This document shows, piece after piece, positions 9,474 through 19,566 of a DNA stretch of 46,971 nt. The first letter of the stretch is position 1, and every line of letters starts with the position of its first letter. The notes under the pieces are model-generated. The model saw nothing but the letters and a program-made list of their open reading frames with translations, did no database searches and was not told where the DNA came from. The translations under genes were made by a program, and so were the position numbers. The stretch is from the NCBI GenBank assembly GCA_034721975.1, contig JAYENG010000147.1, positions 1 through 46,971 of the forward strand, in the 5' to 3' direction. The DNA comes from Bacillota bacterium (GTDB lineage Bacteria > Bacillota > Clostridia > Peptostreptococcales > Acidaminobacteraceae).

Positions 9474-10265
9474 ATGAAAAAAATTGATATTATTCCTATT
9501 ATTGCTATCTTCGTTGGTACTACACTTATTATTCTAGCTATGGCCATGGGTGGTAGTCTAATGATATTTTGGAGCGTGTCATCTCTGATTATAACTATGG
9601 TAGGCTCTTTTATGGCATTGCTGGCGAGTTTTCCATTTAAAATTTTGAAGCAAACACCTAAAATTTTAAACCAGGCTTTTATTCACCCATTAGATAATAG
9701 GGTAGAACTTGTGAGCATGGTTTCGGATTTATCTAGAAAAGCCCGCTCAGAGGGACTTTTGTCTTTAGAAGACGAACTTACTGCTATGGAAGATGAATTT
9801 TTAGTTAAAGGTTTACAGATGGTAGTCGACGGTATCGAACCAGAGAATATCAAGCAGATCATGGGACTGGAAATAGAAGCTATAGAAAGAAGACATTCTA
9901 TGGGGCATAGTATTTTTAAATCTTGGGGAGAACTTGCGCCGGCTTTTGGTATGATTGGAACATTGATTGGTTTGATAACAATGCTGAGTGATCTAAGCGA
10001 TGCCAGTGCTATCGGCATAGGTATGGCGACAGCTTTGATTACGACTTTTTATGGGGCTTTTTTTGCGAACATGGTATTGATACCAATTTCAAATAAACTT
10101 CAGAACCAAACCGAAGATGAGATATATACAAGGGAAATGATGATAGAAAGTATTTTGTCGATACAATCGGGAATCAATCCTAGAATTGTAGAAGAAAAAT
10201 TGACTACATTTTTAACTCCAAGGGAGAAAGAGATTAAAAATGAGGTGAAAGCAAATGCCTCGTAA
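9474..10265 (+). CDS. motA: Flagellar stator protein MotA
   Basis: 263 aa, 4-TM MotA/TolQ/ExbB-type channel protein (GMIGTLIGLITML, ALITTFYGAFFAN). Confidence 0.92.
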   Translation: MKKIDIIPIIAIFVGTTLIILAMAMGGSLMIFWSVSSLIITMVGSFMALLASFPFKILKQTPKILNQAFIHPLDNRVELVSMVSDLSRKARSEGLLSLEDELTAMEDEFLVKGLQMVVDGIEPENIKQIMGLEIEAIERRHSMGHSIFKSWGELAPAFGMIGTLIGLITMLSDLSDASAIGIGMATALITTFYGAFFANMVLIPISNKLQNQTEDEIYTREMMIESILSIQSGINPRIVEEKLTTFLTPREKEIKNEVKANAS

Positions 10266-11025
10266 GAAGAAAGCGAAAGATGGAAGAGGTTCTCCTGCAT
10301 GGATGACTACGTTTTCAGATTTGATGACCCTGCTTTTGACTTTCTTCATATTGCTTTATTCGTTTTCTACTCTAGATGCGATAAAATTTAAAAATGTTGC
10401 CAGTGCACTGCAGAGTGTATTGCTTGGTGAGGCGAAGCCGACAATTTTTCCGAACGATATACCACCTGGTGAAGTTCCGATAATGGATCCTTTACCAATT
10501 CCGGAGCAAGATGATCCAGATATGATAGACAATGAACTAGTGCAGTTATATGAATTAGTTACAACTTATGTTAATCGAGAAGGATTGTCAGCTAAAATTT
10601 CGGTGAGAACTAATTTAAGAGGAGTCATTATAGATATTAATGAAAGTGTGCTCTTTGATTCGGGAAAAGCTGAACTTAAAGAAGAGAGTAAAGAGATTTT
10701 AGATAAATTATATAATCTTATCAATCAATTTGACAATGAGTTGATCATTGAAGGACATACTGATAATAATCCGATAAATACTAAACAATTCCAGAGCAAT
10801 TGGGAATTATCTGTTATTCGCGCTGTAAATGTGCTAAGGTATTTCACGGAAGAAAAAGATATTATCACCGATAGAATTTCTGCAGCGGGATATGGCGAAT
10901 ATCAGCCTATAGCAAGTAATAAAACAGAAATTAGCAGGTCTTTTAATAGACGTGTGAATGTTCTTATTTTAGTAGATTCAGATAAGGAGGAAATCAACAT
11001 TGGCGGAAAGAATGAATCCGAATAA
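10255..11025 (+). CDS. motB: Flagellar stator protein MotB (OmpA-like)
   Basis: N-terminal WMTTFSDLMTLLLTFFILL plug/TM and C-terminal OmpA-like NWELSVIRA...RRVNVLI. Confidence 0.92.
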   Translation: MPRKKKAKDGRGSPAWMTTFSDLMTLLLTFFILLYSFSTLDAIKFKNVASALQSVLLGEAKPTIFPNDIPPGEVPIMDPLPIPEQDDPDMIDNELVQLYELVTTYVNREGLSAKISVRTNLRGVIIDINESVLFDSGKAELKEESKEILDKLYNLINQFDNELIIEGHTDNNPINTKQFQSNWELSVIRAVNVLRYFTEEKDIITDRISAAGYGEYQPIASNKTEISRSFNRRVNVLILVDSDKEEINIGGKNESE

Positions 11026-11479
11026 TGTACAAACACCTGAAAAAAAGAAAAAAAGCAAATTGATTATTATCATTCCGTTGGTAATAATAATTTTGGTTTT
11101 ATCTTTTGTTGGGTATGCATTTTTTACGAAATCATTCTTCTTTAAATCGGAAGAAGATGAAAATGCAAAAAAAATTGAAGAAAAAGTATTTCAGATGGAG
11201 GAATTTGTTATCAATTTGAGAGATGAAAATGCAAGAAGATATTTAAAAGCCAGCATTGTCATCACTTATGAAAATAAAAAAGAACTAGAGAAATTAAATA
11301 ATAATATTCCACAGATGAGAGATATAATAATTGAAACTTTGAGGGCGAAGTCAGCAAATGAAGTCATGAATGTAGAGAACTCTGATACGCTCAAAAATGA
11401 AATTAAAGATAAGGTCAATGAATTATATGAAGATGAGATTGTACTAGAAGTTTACTTCATTAATTTTTTGATTCAGTAG
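11000..11479 (+). CDS. fliL: Flagellar basal body-associated protein FliL
   Basis: Single N-terminal TM then a FVINL...YLK..I.I region. TTG start 9 nt after GGAGGA; ATG at 11012 is an alternative. Confidence 0.8.
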   Translation: MAERMNPNNVQTPEKKKKSKLIIIIPLVIIILVLSFVGYAFFTKSFFFKSEEDENAKKIEEKVFQMEEFVINLRDENARRYLKASIVITYENKKELEKLNNNIPQMRDIIIETLRAKSANEVMNVENSDTLKNEIKDKVNELYEDEIVLEVYFINFLIQ

Positions 11480-11487
11480 GTGAGAAA

Positions 11488-11829
11488 ATGGATTATAGTA
11501 TTACTTCCAGTTTTTTGAGATTATTTGTTGCTTTGCCTGTAGTTATTATATTGGCTTATATCAGTTTGAAAATCGGCAATAAATATTTCAAAAAAATGAA
11601 TAACGGTAGATTGATAAATGTTATCGAAACAGTACCGGTTTTTAATAAAGCGGCGATAAGCGTTGTAAAAATTGGTGAGGAATATCATGTTTTAGGTGTC
11701 ACAGAAGCCAATATTGTTGATCTTAAAACTTTAGACGAGGCAGAAATAGGGATTTTGAATGAAACAAGCAAAACATCCAACCAATTCGATTGGAAATCTT
11801 TTAAAGGGAAACTTGTAAAGCATGATTAA
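11488..11829 (+). CDS. fliO: Flagellar biosynthesis protein FliO/FliZ type
   Basis: 113 aa with one N-terminal TM and the block VVKIGEEYHVLGVTEANIVDL. Lies directly upstream of and overlapping fliP. Confidence 0.7.
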   Translation: MDYSITSSFLRLFVALPVVIILAYISLKIGNKYFKKMNNGRLINVIETVPVFNKAAISVVKIGEEYHVLGVTEANIVDLKTLDEAEIGILNETSKTSNQFDWKSFKGKLVKHD

Positions 11830-12580
11830 AAAAACTATTTTTATGACAATAATATTTATAATATTAATATTTTCGAGCATTTCATTTGCTGATCAAGTAA
11901 ATGTGGAAATACCAAATATTGATTTAAATATCACAACACCAGATACTGCGGATGATTATGTTAACAGCATTAAAATTCTTATTTTGTTGACAGTGATGAC
12001 TTTAGTGCCATCCATAATTATTTTGATGACTTCTTTTACAAGAATTATTATAGTATTGTCATTGATGAGAAGTGCATTAGCTACTCAACAAACACCTCCT
12101 AATCAAGTTTTGGTGGGGCTTGCTTTATTTCTAACATTATTTATAATGGCACCTGTGTACACTGATGTAATAGATAATGCTGTAAATCCATATTTAGATA
12201 GTGCAATTACTCAAGAAGAAGCTATAGATATCGGTTCAAGGCCGATAAAAGAGTTTATGATCAGACAGACTAGAGAAAAAGATCTTGCCTTATTTGAAGA
12301 GATAGCCGATGAAGAGGCTACTAACGATATTGGTGAAATAAAACTTACAACTCTGATACCGGCTTTTGTAATAAGTGAATTAAAGACGGCTTTTCAAATG
12401 GGATTTATGATTTTTATTCCGTTTATTGTCATAGATATGATTGTGGCGAGTATTTTAATGTCCATGGGTATGTTTATGTTACCCCCAGTTATGATTTCCC
12501 TCCCATTTAAACTTTTGTTGTTTATAATGGTTGATGGATGGTATCTGATCGTTAAATCTTTAGTAGAAAGTTTTATATAG
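11822..12580 (+). CDS. fliP: Flagellar export gate protein FliP
   Basis: Signal peptide plus conserved FTRIIIVLSLMRSALATQQTPPNQVLVGLALFLT. Confidence 0.95.
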   Translation: MIKKTIFMTIIFIILIFSSISFADQVNVEIPNIDLNITTPDTADDYVNSIKILILLTVMTLVPSIIILMTSFTRIIIVLSLMRSALATQQTPPNQVLVGLALFLTLFIMAPVYTDVIDNAVNPYLDSAITQEEAIDIGSRPIKEFMIRQTREKDLALFEEIADEEATNDIGEIKLTTLIPAFVISELKTAFQMGFMIFIPFIVIDMIVASILMSMGMFMLPPVMISLPFKLLLFIMVDGWYLIVKSLVESFI

Positions 12581-12590
12581 GAGTTTTTTT

Positions 12591-12860
12591 ATGAGTCAGA
12601 CAATGGTTGTCGATATAATTAGGGATGCACTACTTACAATTTTATTAACAGCAGGGCCTATTATAGGTGTGGCTCTTGCAGTAGGACTTTTGATAAGTAT
12701 TTTTCAGGCTACAACACAAATTCAAGAACAGACACTTACTTTTGTTCCTAAAATTGTAGCGGTATTTGTCAGCATCATATTGCTTGGACCTTATATGCTT
12801 AATCAAGTGACGGGTTTTGCAATTCGTATGTTTGACAATATTTCGAATGTAATCAGGTAG
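12591..12860 (+). CDS. fliQ: Flagellar export gate protein FliQ
   Basis: 89 aa, 2 TM, with ISIFQATTQIQEQTLTFVPK motif. Confidence 0.95.
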   Translation: MSQTMVVDIIRDALLTILLTAGPIIGVALAVGLLISIFQATTQIQEQTLTFVPKIVAVFVSIILLGPYMLNQVTGFAIRMFDNISNVIR

Positions 12861-12865
12861 GTATT

Positions 12866-13627
12866 ATGGAATATTATAATTTTACAGTTTATTTTTTAGT
12901 ACTAGTACGCATAACCAGTTTCATATATACAAGTGTTTTTTTTAGTACCAAAGGGATTCCGAATCTTTTAAAAATTGGGCTAAGCATTGTACTCAGTTAT
13001 ATAATTTATACAGCGATCAGTATCGATATTGTTGTAAGTGAGAGTATTATCGGTTATTCCATGCAGATTATATTTGAAACTGTTTATGGTATGGCACTTG
13101 GATTTGCAACTTATTTAGTATTTGTTTCAATTCAGATGGCTGGACAATTAATAGACTTTCAAATAGGATTTTCCATCGGTACAACTTATGATCCAGTTAC
13201 TCAGAATAAAATATCAATTTTCGGAAAAATTTACTATTGGCTTGGTTTTGCTTTATTCTTAGCGGTGGATGCACACCATTATTTAATACTGTCGTTGATA
13301 AGATCATATGACATAATGCCGATAGGGATGAAAAGCATCGCTATTGTAAATGGATTAGATTTTATTTTTATATTTACAAATAGTTTTAAAGTCGCTTTTC
13401 AAATCGCATTGCCGATGTTGATGATTTTATTTTTAACTGATATTATTATGGGAATGTTAGCTAGAACAGTACCGCAGATAAATGTTTTTATTTTAGGTTT
13501 ACCAATGAAGGTTTTGATTGGAATTACAGTACTTATCATTTTAATTCCGGCAGTTTCAAGTATGATTATGCCTGTTATTGAGAGCTTGCCGTATTACTTG
13601 GATAAGATTATAAAAAGTCTTGCATGA
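12866..13627 (+). CDS. fliR: Flagellar export gate protein FliR
   Basis: 253 aa polytopic membrane protein with GQLIDFQIGFS motif. Confidence 0.92.
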   Translation: MEYYNFTVYFLVLVRITSFIYTSVFFSTKGIPNLLKIGLSIVLSYIIYTAISIDIVVSESIIGYSMQIIFETVYGMALGFATYLVFVSIQMAGQLIDFQIGFSIGTTYDPVTQNKISIFGKIYYWLGFALFLAVDAHHYLILSLIRSYDIMPIGMKSIAIVNGLDFIFIFTNSFKVAFQIALPMLMILFLTDIIMGMLARTVPQINVFILGLPMKVLIGITVLIILIPAVSSMIMPVIESLPYYLDKIIKSLA

Positions 13628-13643
13628 TAGTAAGGATGATTAA

Positions 13644-14840
13644 ATGGAATGGATTGAAACAATCAATTTTATTGCTTTACTGATAACCTTGGCAATCCAT
13701 CATACTAGAAGTAATGCAGTAAACTTCAGTTTCTCATTTGAAGCTGATATGAGTACCTGTTTCGCAGGATTTTATTTTGCTACAGAAGAAAAAACTGAAG
13801 ATCCAACACCTAAAAAAATAAAAGACGCTAGAAAAAAAGGTCAAGTTGCCAAAAGTGCTGATTTGAATTCCGCAATTATTTTATTGATTATTGTGATACT
13901 AACTTTATTCAGTGGAGAAAAAGCATTTGAAGATTTATATTTATTCTTATATAGATCTTTAAGCAACATAAACTTGGATGTTGCAAATAATGGTATTAGA
14001 GGTATGTTTTCTTATAATGTCTATTATTTTTTCAGCATAACTGCTATTGTATTTATGGCTGTCATGCTTGGAGGAATAATTGCGAATTTGGTGCAATCGG
14101 GATTTCTGTTTACACTAGACCCGTTAAAGCCAAACTTCAAGAAACTTAACCCCATAGAAGGATTTAAAAATCAATTTTCAAAAAAATCAATTTTTAATCT
14201 GATAAAAACATTATTCAAACTTTTTTTAATCGGTTATGTGGCGTATGCGTTTATAAGGGACAATATTTTTAATATATATAATTTGACAAATATTAATATC
14301 GCACAAATTTATTCGTACATGAAGGATTTGATTGTTGCTTTAGTTTCAAAGATAGCCATTGTTTTACTTTCTTTAGGAGTTATAGATTTAGTTTTTCAGA
14401 AGTATGACCACAAGAAAAATTTAAGAATGACAAAGCATGAAATCAAAGAAGAGATGAAACAGATGGAGGGAGATCCATTGATCAAGTCTCAGAGAAAGCA
14501 AAAACAAAGACAACTTGCAATGTCTCGTATGATGGAAGATGTACCAAAAGCTGATGTAGTCATCACAAACCCTACCCATATTGCGGTAGCAGTTAAATAT
14601 GAAGAGGGAGTTGACGAGGCACCTATGGTAATGGCGATGGGAGCCGATAATGTTGCTATGAAGATTAGGGAGATTGCAAAAGAAAATGATATTCCGATTA
14701 TGGAAAACAAACCCTTGGCGAGAATGCTATTCAAAAAAGCAAAAGTGGGAAAAGAAATACCTATAGACCTTTATAAAGCTGTTGCTGAAATATTAGCGGC
14801 GATTTATAAAATGAATCGGGCAAATAATTATTTGAGGTAG
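13644..14840 (+). CDS. flhB: Flagellar export switch protein FlhB (N-terminal extension uncertain; alternative ATG at 13749)
   Basis: EEKTEDPTPKKIKDARKKGQVAKS N-terminal motif and NPTH autocleavage site (VVITNPTHIAVAV). The 35 aa before MSTCFAGFYFATEEKTE are atypical. Confidence 0.9.
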   Translation: MEWIETINFIALLITLAIHHTRSNAVNFSFSFEADMSTCFAGFYFATEEKTEDPTPKKIKDARKKGQVAKSADLNSAIILLIIVILTLFSGEKAFEDLYLFLYRSLSNINLDVANNGIRGMFSYNVYYFFSITAIVFMAVMLGGIIANLVQSGFLFTLDPLKPNFKKLNPIEGFKNQFSKKSIFNLIKTLFKLFLIGYVAYAFIRDNIFNIYNLTNINIAQIYSYMKDLIVALVSKIAIVLLSLGVIDLVFQKYDHKKNLRMTKHEIKEEMKQMEGDPLIKSQRKQKQRQLAMSRMMEDVPKADVVITNPTHIAVAVKYEEGVDEAPMVMAMGADNVAMKIREIAKENDIPIMENKPLARMLFKKAKVGKEIPIDLYKAVAEILAAIYKMNRANNYLR

Positions 14841-14843
14841 ATT

Positions 14844-16928
14844 ATGGAATCGAATTTAATAAAAAATATAAATAAAAATATTAATAAACATTTGGATATT
14901 GTCACTGCATTTGGTGTCATCGGCATTGTTGCAATGATAATTTTACCAATGCCTACAGTCCTGTTGGATGTATTTTTGGCTATCAATATCGCATTAGCGG
15001 TTATAATTATCCTATTGACTATGTTTACGGTCAATGTGCTTGAATTCTCAGTATTTCCTACAATGCTACTGATTACCACATTATATAGACTTGGACTGAA
15101 TGTATCTTCAACTCGGTTAATACTTAGCAAAGGTTATGCGGGAGAAGTGATTTCCGCCTTTGGTGGTTTTGTAACAGGTAATAATTATATTGTTGGAGCT
15201 GTAATATTTATTATTATTGTAGTTATACAGTTTATAGTTATAACTAATGGATCCGGTAGAGTTGCTGAAGTTGCAGCTAGATTTACTTTAGATGCGATGC
15301 CTGGCAAGCAGATGAGTATAGATGCTGATTTGAATGCAGGAGTTATTACTGATCAGCAAGCGAGAGATAGAAGAGAGAATCTGCAACGCGAATCTGATTT
15401 TTACGGTTCAATGGATGGTGCTCTAAAATTTGTAAAAGGAGATGCCATAGCTGGCATAGTTATAGTGCTAATCAACTTCGTAGGTGGAATAGCGATATTT
15501 GTGGGACAAAAAGGTTTGCCGTTTGGTGAAGCGATTCAGATGTTCGGCGTTTTGACAATAGGTGATGGTCTTGTAAGTCAGGTACCAGCGCTGCTTATTT
15601 CAACAGCGTCAGGTATTTTGGTTACACGATCTGCTTCAAAGAGCAATTTTGGTAAAGAAGTAGCAATGCAGTTGTTTTCAATACCTAAGGTTGTCGCTAT
15701 GACAGCGGTGGTTTTATTGCTCCTTGGATTTGTTCCTGCACTTCCGAATATTCTATTTTTATTATTGTCTTTAATAAGTGGGGGCATTGCATATTTTTTA
15801 TATGAAGAAGAGAAGCAAAAAGAAAGACAAAAGACTGTTGTTCAGAATAAGAATACAAACACGGAAGTAGAAAAAGAACCGGATGATGTCATGAGATATA
15901 TAAAAACAGAAACTCTTGAGATTGAAATAGGGTACGGTTTGATATCCCTAGTAGATAAATCTTCAGGTGGAGATTTGCTTGATAGAATTTCAACGATTAG
16001 GAGACAATGTGCATCAGAAATGGGAATTATTGTTCAGCCGATAAGAATAAGGGACAATTTGCAGTTGAAAGCTGACGACTACTTAATAAAAATACGCGGT
16101 AATGAAGTTGCAAAGGGCGAACTAATGTATGGGCATTTATTGGTGATGGATCCAGGCAGTGAAAAAATAGATATTCAAGGGAAGGAAACCTTAGAACCTA
16201 CTTTTGGACTACCGGCTGTTTGGATTGACGAAAGTAATAAAGAAGAAGCTGAAATGAAAGGATTTACCATTATAGATCCTACTACGGTGTTGGTGACGCA
16301 CTTAAATGAAACTATCAAGAAATTCAGCAAAGAATTGATGGGAAGACAAGAAGTGAAGGCTTTGCTTGATATGGTTAAAGAGAGCAACAATGCAGTTGTA
16401 GAGGAACTGGTTCCTGATTATCTATCAGTGGGTGATATTCAAAAAGTATTACAGAATCTACTTAGTGAACAGGTGTCGATTAGGGATTTTGTGACAATAC
16501 TTGAGACGTTGGCCGACTATGCGCCGAATACCAAGGATATTGAATTATTAACTGAATATGTACGTTATAGGTTAGGACGTACGATTACAAAAAGATATGT
16601 TGATGAAAAAAACACTTTGGATGTTATTACAATTCATCCCGATATCGAACAAAAAATATATAATAGCATTCAAAAATCTTTTCAAGGTTCTTTCCCTGCA
16701 ATAAGTCCAGAGATGAACACTAAGATTTTAAAGAGCACTGATAGTTTGTTAACGTTAAACATGAGTATGGAAAGACAATTTGTCATCTTGGTTTCTCCTC
16801 GTATACGTGCACCTTTTAGAAAACTGATTGAAATGACATTTCCAGACTTACCTGTGTTATCATTAAATGAGATACCAAATTCGGTCGAAATAGAGGGTGT
16901 TGGGATGGTGAAAATAGATGATAATTAA
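14844..16928 (+). CDS. flhA: Flagellar export gate protein FlhA
   Basis: 694 aa FHIPEP family (AARFTLDAMPGKQMSIDADLNAG, KFVKGDAIAG). Confidence 0.96.
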   Translation: MESNLIKNINKNINKHLDIVTAFGVIGIVAMIILPMPTVLLDVFLAINIALAVIIILLTMFTVNVLEFSVFPTMLLITTLYRLGLNVSSTRLILSKGYAGEVISAFGGFVTGNNYIVGAVIFIIIVVIQFIVITNGSGRVAEVAARFTLDAMPGKQMSIDADLNAGVITDQQARDRRENLQRESDFYGSMDGALKFVKGDAIAGIVIVLINFVGGIAIFVGQKGLPFGEAIQMFGVLTIGDGLVSQVPALLISTASGILVTRSASKSNFGKEVAMQLFSIPKVVAMTAVVLLLLGFVPALPNILFLLLSLISGGIAYFLYEEEKQKERQKTVVQNKNTNTEVEKEPDDVMRYIKTETLEIEIGYGLISLVDKSSGGDLLDRISTIRRQCASEMGIIVQPIRIRDNLQLKADDYLIKIRGNEVAKGELMYGHLLVMDPGSEKIDIQGKETLEPTFGLPAVWIDESNKEEAEMKGFTIIDPTTVLVTHLNETIKKFSKELMGRQEVKALLDMVKESNNAVVEELVPDYLSVGDIQKVLQNLLSEQVSIRDFVTILETLADYAPNTKDIELLTEYVRYRLGRTITKRYVDEKNTLDVITIHPDIEQKIYNSIQKSFQGSFPAISPEMNTKILKSTDSLLTLNMSMERQFVILVSPRIRAPFRKLIEMTFPDLPVLSLNEIPNSVEIEGVGMVKIDDN

Positions 16929-17997
16929 AAATTATTACGTTGCAGACATGTATGAAGCTATGATTAAAATAAAAGAAGAACTTGGGAACGAAGCTGTAAT
17001 CATCAATAAACGAGGAGTTTCACAAAAGGGGCTTTTGGGTTTTCTGAAACCTAAAATGATAGAAGTTACTGCTGCAGTTGAAGTTAAACAGGAGCCTGTG
17101 ACGGAAAAAATTACCGTTAATCAAAAGATAGAACAGGAAGAATTTTTGAGAAGCGAGATAAATGAGATAAAAGAAGTTGTAAAAGAGCTTATAGAATCCA
17201 AGGACTCAAACGCAAACAAAATTGTGGATCAAAACGATGATATCTACGAACTTTTTAACGGAATGGATTTAAGCAAGGTAATTATTGAGGATTTTGAATC
17301 GTATTGCAAGCGAAATAATGTAAATAAAAATGAAATAAATAAGATTGTTTTATATGAATTTTTAATGAATCGATTTAATAGTAAACTAAATGTAAGAACT
17401 CCGAATTCTAGAATCCTCGCACTGATAGGCCCGACAGGAGTTGGTAAGACAACTACAATTGCGAAGATAGCTTCAAGAGAATTTTTAGTCAATCATAGAA
17501 ATGTAGGTCTTCTTACTATTGATACGTATCGTATAGGAGCAGTTGAACAGTTAAAAATATATGCAAACATACTAGATATTCCAGTAGAAGTAGTGTCGGA
17601 TAAAGATGATATGAAAACTGCTTTAGATAACCTAAGTGACTGTGATTTGATTTTGATTGATACGACTGGCAGCAGCTACAAAAATGCTGAACAAATAGAG
17701 GAATTGAAACAATATTTAGGTGAAGTTGAAGAAAAAGAAGTATCATTGGTGATAAGTATGACAAGCAAAAATACGGATTTCATCCAAATGTTGAATAATT
17801 ATCAACGTGTTGGTTTTGACAATTTGATATTGACGAAATTTGATGAAACATTAAGCTATGGCAGTATACTCAATGCATTTTATTTGTGTGATAAACCTAT
17901 TTCATATATAAGTATGGGACAAGTAGTGCCAGATGATTTGGAAAATGCAACAAGGGATATTCTGTTTAAATACATTTGGGGAGAAATAAAAGCATGA
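16918..17997 (+). CDS. flhF: Flagellar SRP-type GTPase FlhF
   Basis: G1 GPTGVGKTTT, DTTG (LIDTTGSS) and TKFDE (LTKFDET) motifs. Confidence 0.93.
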   Translation: MIIKNYYVADMYEAMIKIKEELGNEAVIINKRGVSQKGLLGFLKPKMIEVTAAVEVKQEPVTEKITVNQKIEQEEFLRSEINEIKEVVKELIESKDSNANKIVDQNDDIYELFNGMDLSKVIIEDFESYCKRNNVNKNEINKIVLYEFLMNRFNSKLNVRTPNSRILALIGPTGVGKTTTIAKIASREFLVNHRNVGLLTIDTYRIGAVEQLKIYANILDIPVEVVSDKDDMKTALDNLSDCDLILIDTTGSSYKNAEQIEELKQYLGEVEEKEVSLVISMTSKNTDFIQMLNNYQRVGFDNLILTKFDETLSYGSILNAFYLCDKPISYISMGQVVPDDLENATRDILFKYIWGEIKA

Positions 17998-18872
17998 AAA
18001 ACCAAGCAGTTAATTTAATCGATTTAGTTTCTGAAAAGAAAAAATCGAATGATATGTTTGTAAAGAATCCTAATACTCGAATTTTTACTATCGCTAGTGG
18101 AAAAGGTGGCGTTGGTAAAACTAATATTGTAGTAAATTTAGCTATTTCTTTACAAAAAAGCGGCAAGAAAGTGCTTATTTTTGATGCTGATTTAGGAATG
18201 GCCAATGTCGATATTTTGTTGGGAATCGCCCCTAAAGCAACTCTATACGATGTTATGTTTAAAGGTAAAGATATTAAAGAAGTAATTTTTGACGGACCCG
18301 AGGGAATCAAAATCATTCCTGGTGGTTCTGGTATTTTAGAACTCAGCAAATTAGATATTATGGAGAAGCGAATCTTTGTCGATCAATTTAAAAAACTCAG
18401 TGAATTTGATATTGTATTGATTGATACAGGTGCGGGTATTTCAATGAATCAAATGTCATTCATAACTTTTTCTGATGAAATTATTTTAGTTACAACTCCA
18501 GAACCGACTTCGATAACTGATGTTTATAGTGTTATTAAAATTATCGGCAGTTTAAATATAAACAAGAAAATCAATGTCGTTGTAAACCTAGTAAATGATG
18601 AAAAAGAGGCGTTGAATACTTTTGGAAAATTAAATGAGACGACAAATAGTTTTCTAGGAATTAAATTAGTATATTTGGGCCATGTAGTTAATGATGTCAG
18701 GGTAAATAACTCTGTTATGAGACAGAAGCCTTTTATAATAAAGTATCCTAATAGTATGGCGAGTCTTTGTATTGACAATATATCTAAAGATTTCTTAAAT
18801 AATAATAAAAATAAAATTAAAGCAAAAACTATAGATGAAATGTATAATCGATTGTTAAAAGTATTTGGATAA
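17976..18872 (+). CDS. flhG: MinD/ParA-type flagellar number regulator FlhG (YlxH/FleN)
   Basis: Deviant Walker A SGKGGVGKT. Position after flhF. ATG at 17994 is a likely alternative start. Confidence 0.9.
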   Translation: MGRNKSMKNQAVNLIDLVSEKKKSNDMFVKNPNTRIFTIASGKGGVGKTNIVVNLAISLQKSGKKVLIFDADLGMANVDILLGIAPKATLYDVMFKGKDIKEVIFDGPEGIKIIPGGSGILELSKLDIMEKRIFVDQFKKLSEFDIVLIDTGAGISMNQMSFITFSDEIILVTTPEPTSITDVYSVIKIIGSLNINKKINVVVNLVNDEKEALNTFGKLNETTNSFLGIKLVYLGHVVNDVRVNNSVMRQKPFIIKYPNSMASLCIDNISKDFLNNNKNKIKAKTIDEMYNRLLKVFG

Positions 18873-18878
18873 TCTGAG

Positions 18879-19565
18879 GTGATGATGTTGGAATATGAAT
18901 TGAAGAGCAAAATCGAAGTGTTTTCTGTCGAAAACGAGCTTATTGGAAATTCAACATTGATGGATTTCAATGAGAATGCTTTGTTTATTAGTGCTCCTAT
19001 GTTGAATAGTATAATTAAAAATTTAAAGATAGGCAGTGAAATTAAAATTGTTTATTACACCAAAAAGAAGATTTTTGGATTTTATTCTGTAATAAGAAGT
19101 GAAGTCATAGACAATATTGTTCTTTATGAAATTGATACACCAAAAGAATTTAGTGTGGTGCAAAGAAGAAAATTTGTAAGAATTCCAGTCATATTTGAAA
19201 TGAAGTATATAACGCTAGAGCAAGGTGAAGCATTTAGTTCAGATTTAACTGTGTTCGAGGATGTCGAAAGATATTATGGAAATCGTATTAAAAACTGCAT
19301 GGCTGTCGATTTAAGCGGGGAAGGAATCGGGATGGTCGTTAAGGAAGATTTAAAGATAAACGACAAAATGATAATAATTCTAGAAAATTCACAGATAAAC
19401 GTAGTTGTATTAGGTAAAGTTAGAAGAAAAAAGAAATTGAAAAATAGTGAATACTCATATAGATTGGGCATTCAGTTTATAGATATTGGCAATACTGTGA
19501 AAGAAAAGATTATTCAATATGTTTTCAAAAAAATGAGGGACCAGCTTAAGTCTTATACGAAATAA
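18879..19565 (+). CDS. PilZ-domain c-di-GMP receptor, YcgR/MotI-like flagellar brake or clutch
   Basis: PilZ motifs RRKFVR (RxxxR) and DLSGEG (DxSxxG) in the C-half, with a YcgR-N-like N-half. Embedded between flhG and fliA. Confidence 0.85.
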   Translation: MMMLEYELKSKIEVFSVENELIGNSTLMDFNENALFISAPMLNSIIKNLKIGSEIKIVYYTKKKIFGFYSVIRSEVIDNIVLYEIDTPKEFSVVQRRKFVRIPVIFEMKYITLEQGEAFSSDLTVFEDVERYYGNRIKNCMAVDLSGEGIGMVVKEDLKINDKMIIILENSQINVVVLGKVRRKKKLKNSEYSYRLGIQFIDIGNTVKEKIIQYVFKKMRDQLKSYTK

Positions 19566-19566
19566 A

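Noticed and set aside
14643-14650. GCCGATAA resembling a sigma-28 (SigD) -10 box near the end of flhB. Other CCGATA occurrences (1391, 7446, 37867, 46773) were considered for the same reason.
   Set aside because: No TAAA -35 element at the required 15-16 nt spacing in any case. They are most likely chance matches within coding sequence.
17966-18970. Two long minus-strand ORFs (127 and 148 aa) opposite flhG and the PilZ gene.
   Set aside because: Shadow frames of flhG (clear GKGGVGKT protein on plus). No RBS and no recognisable domain.
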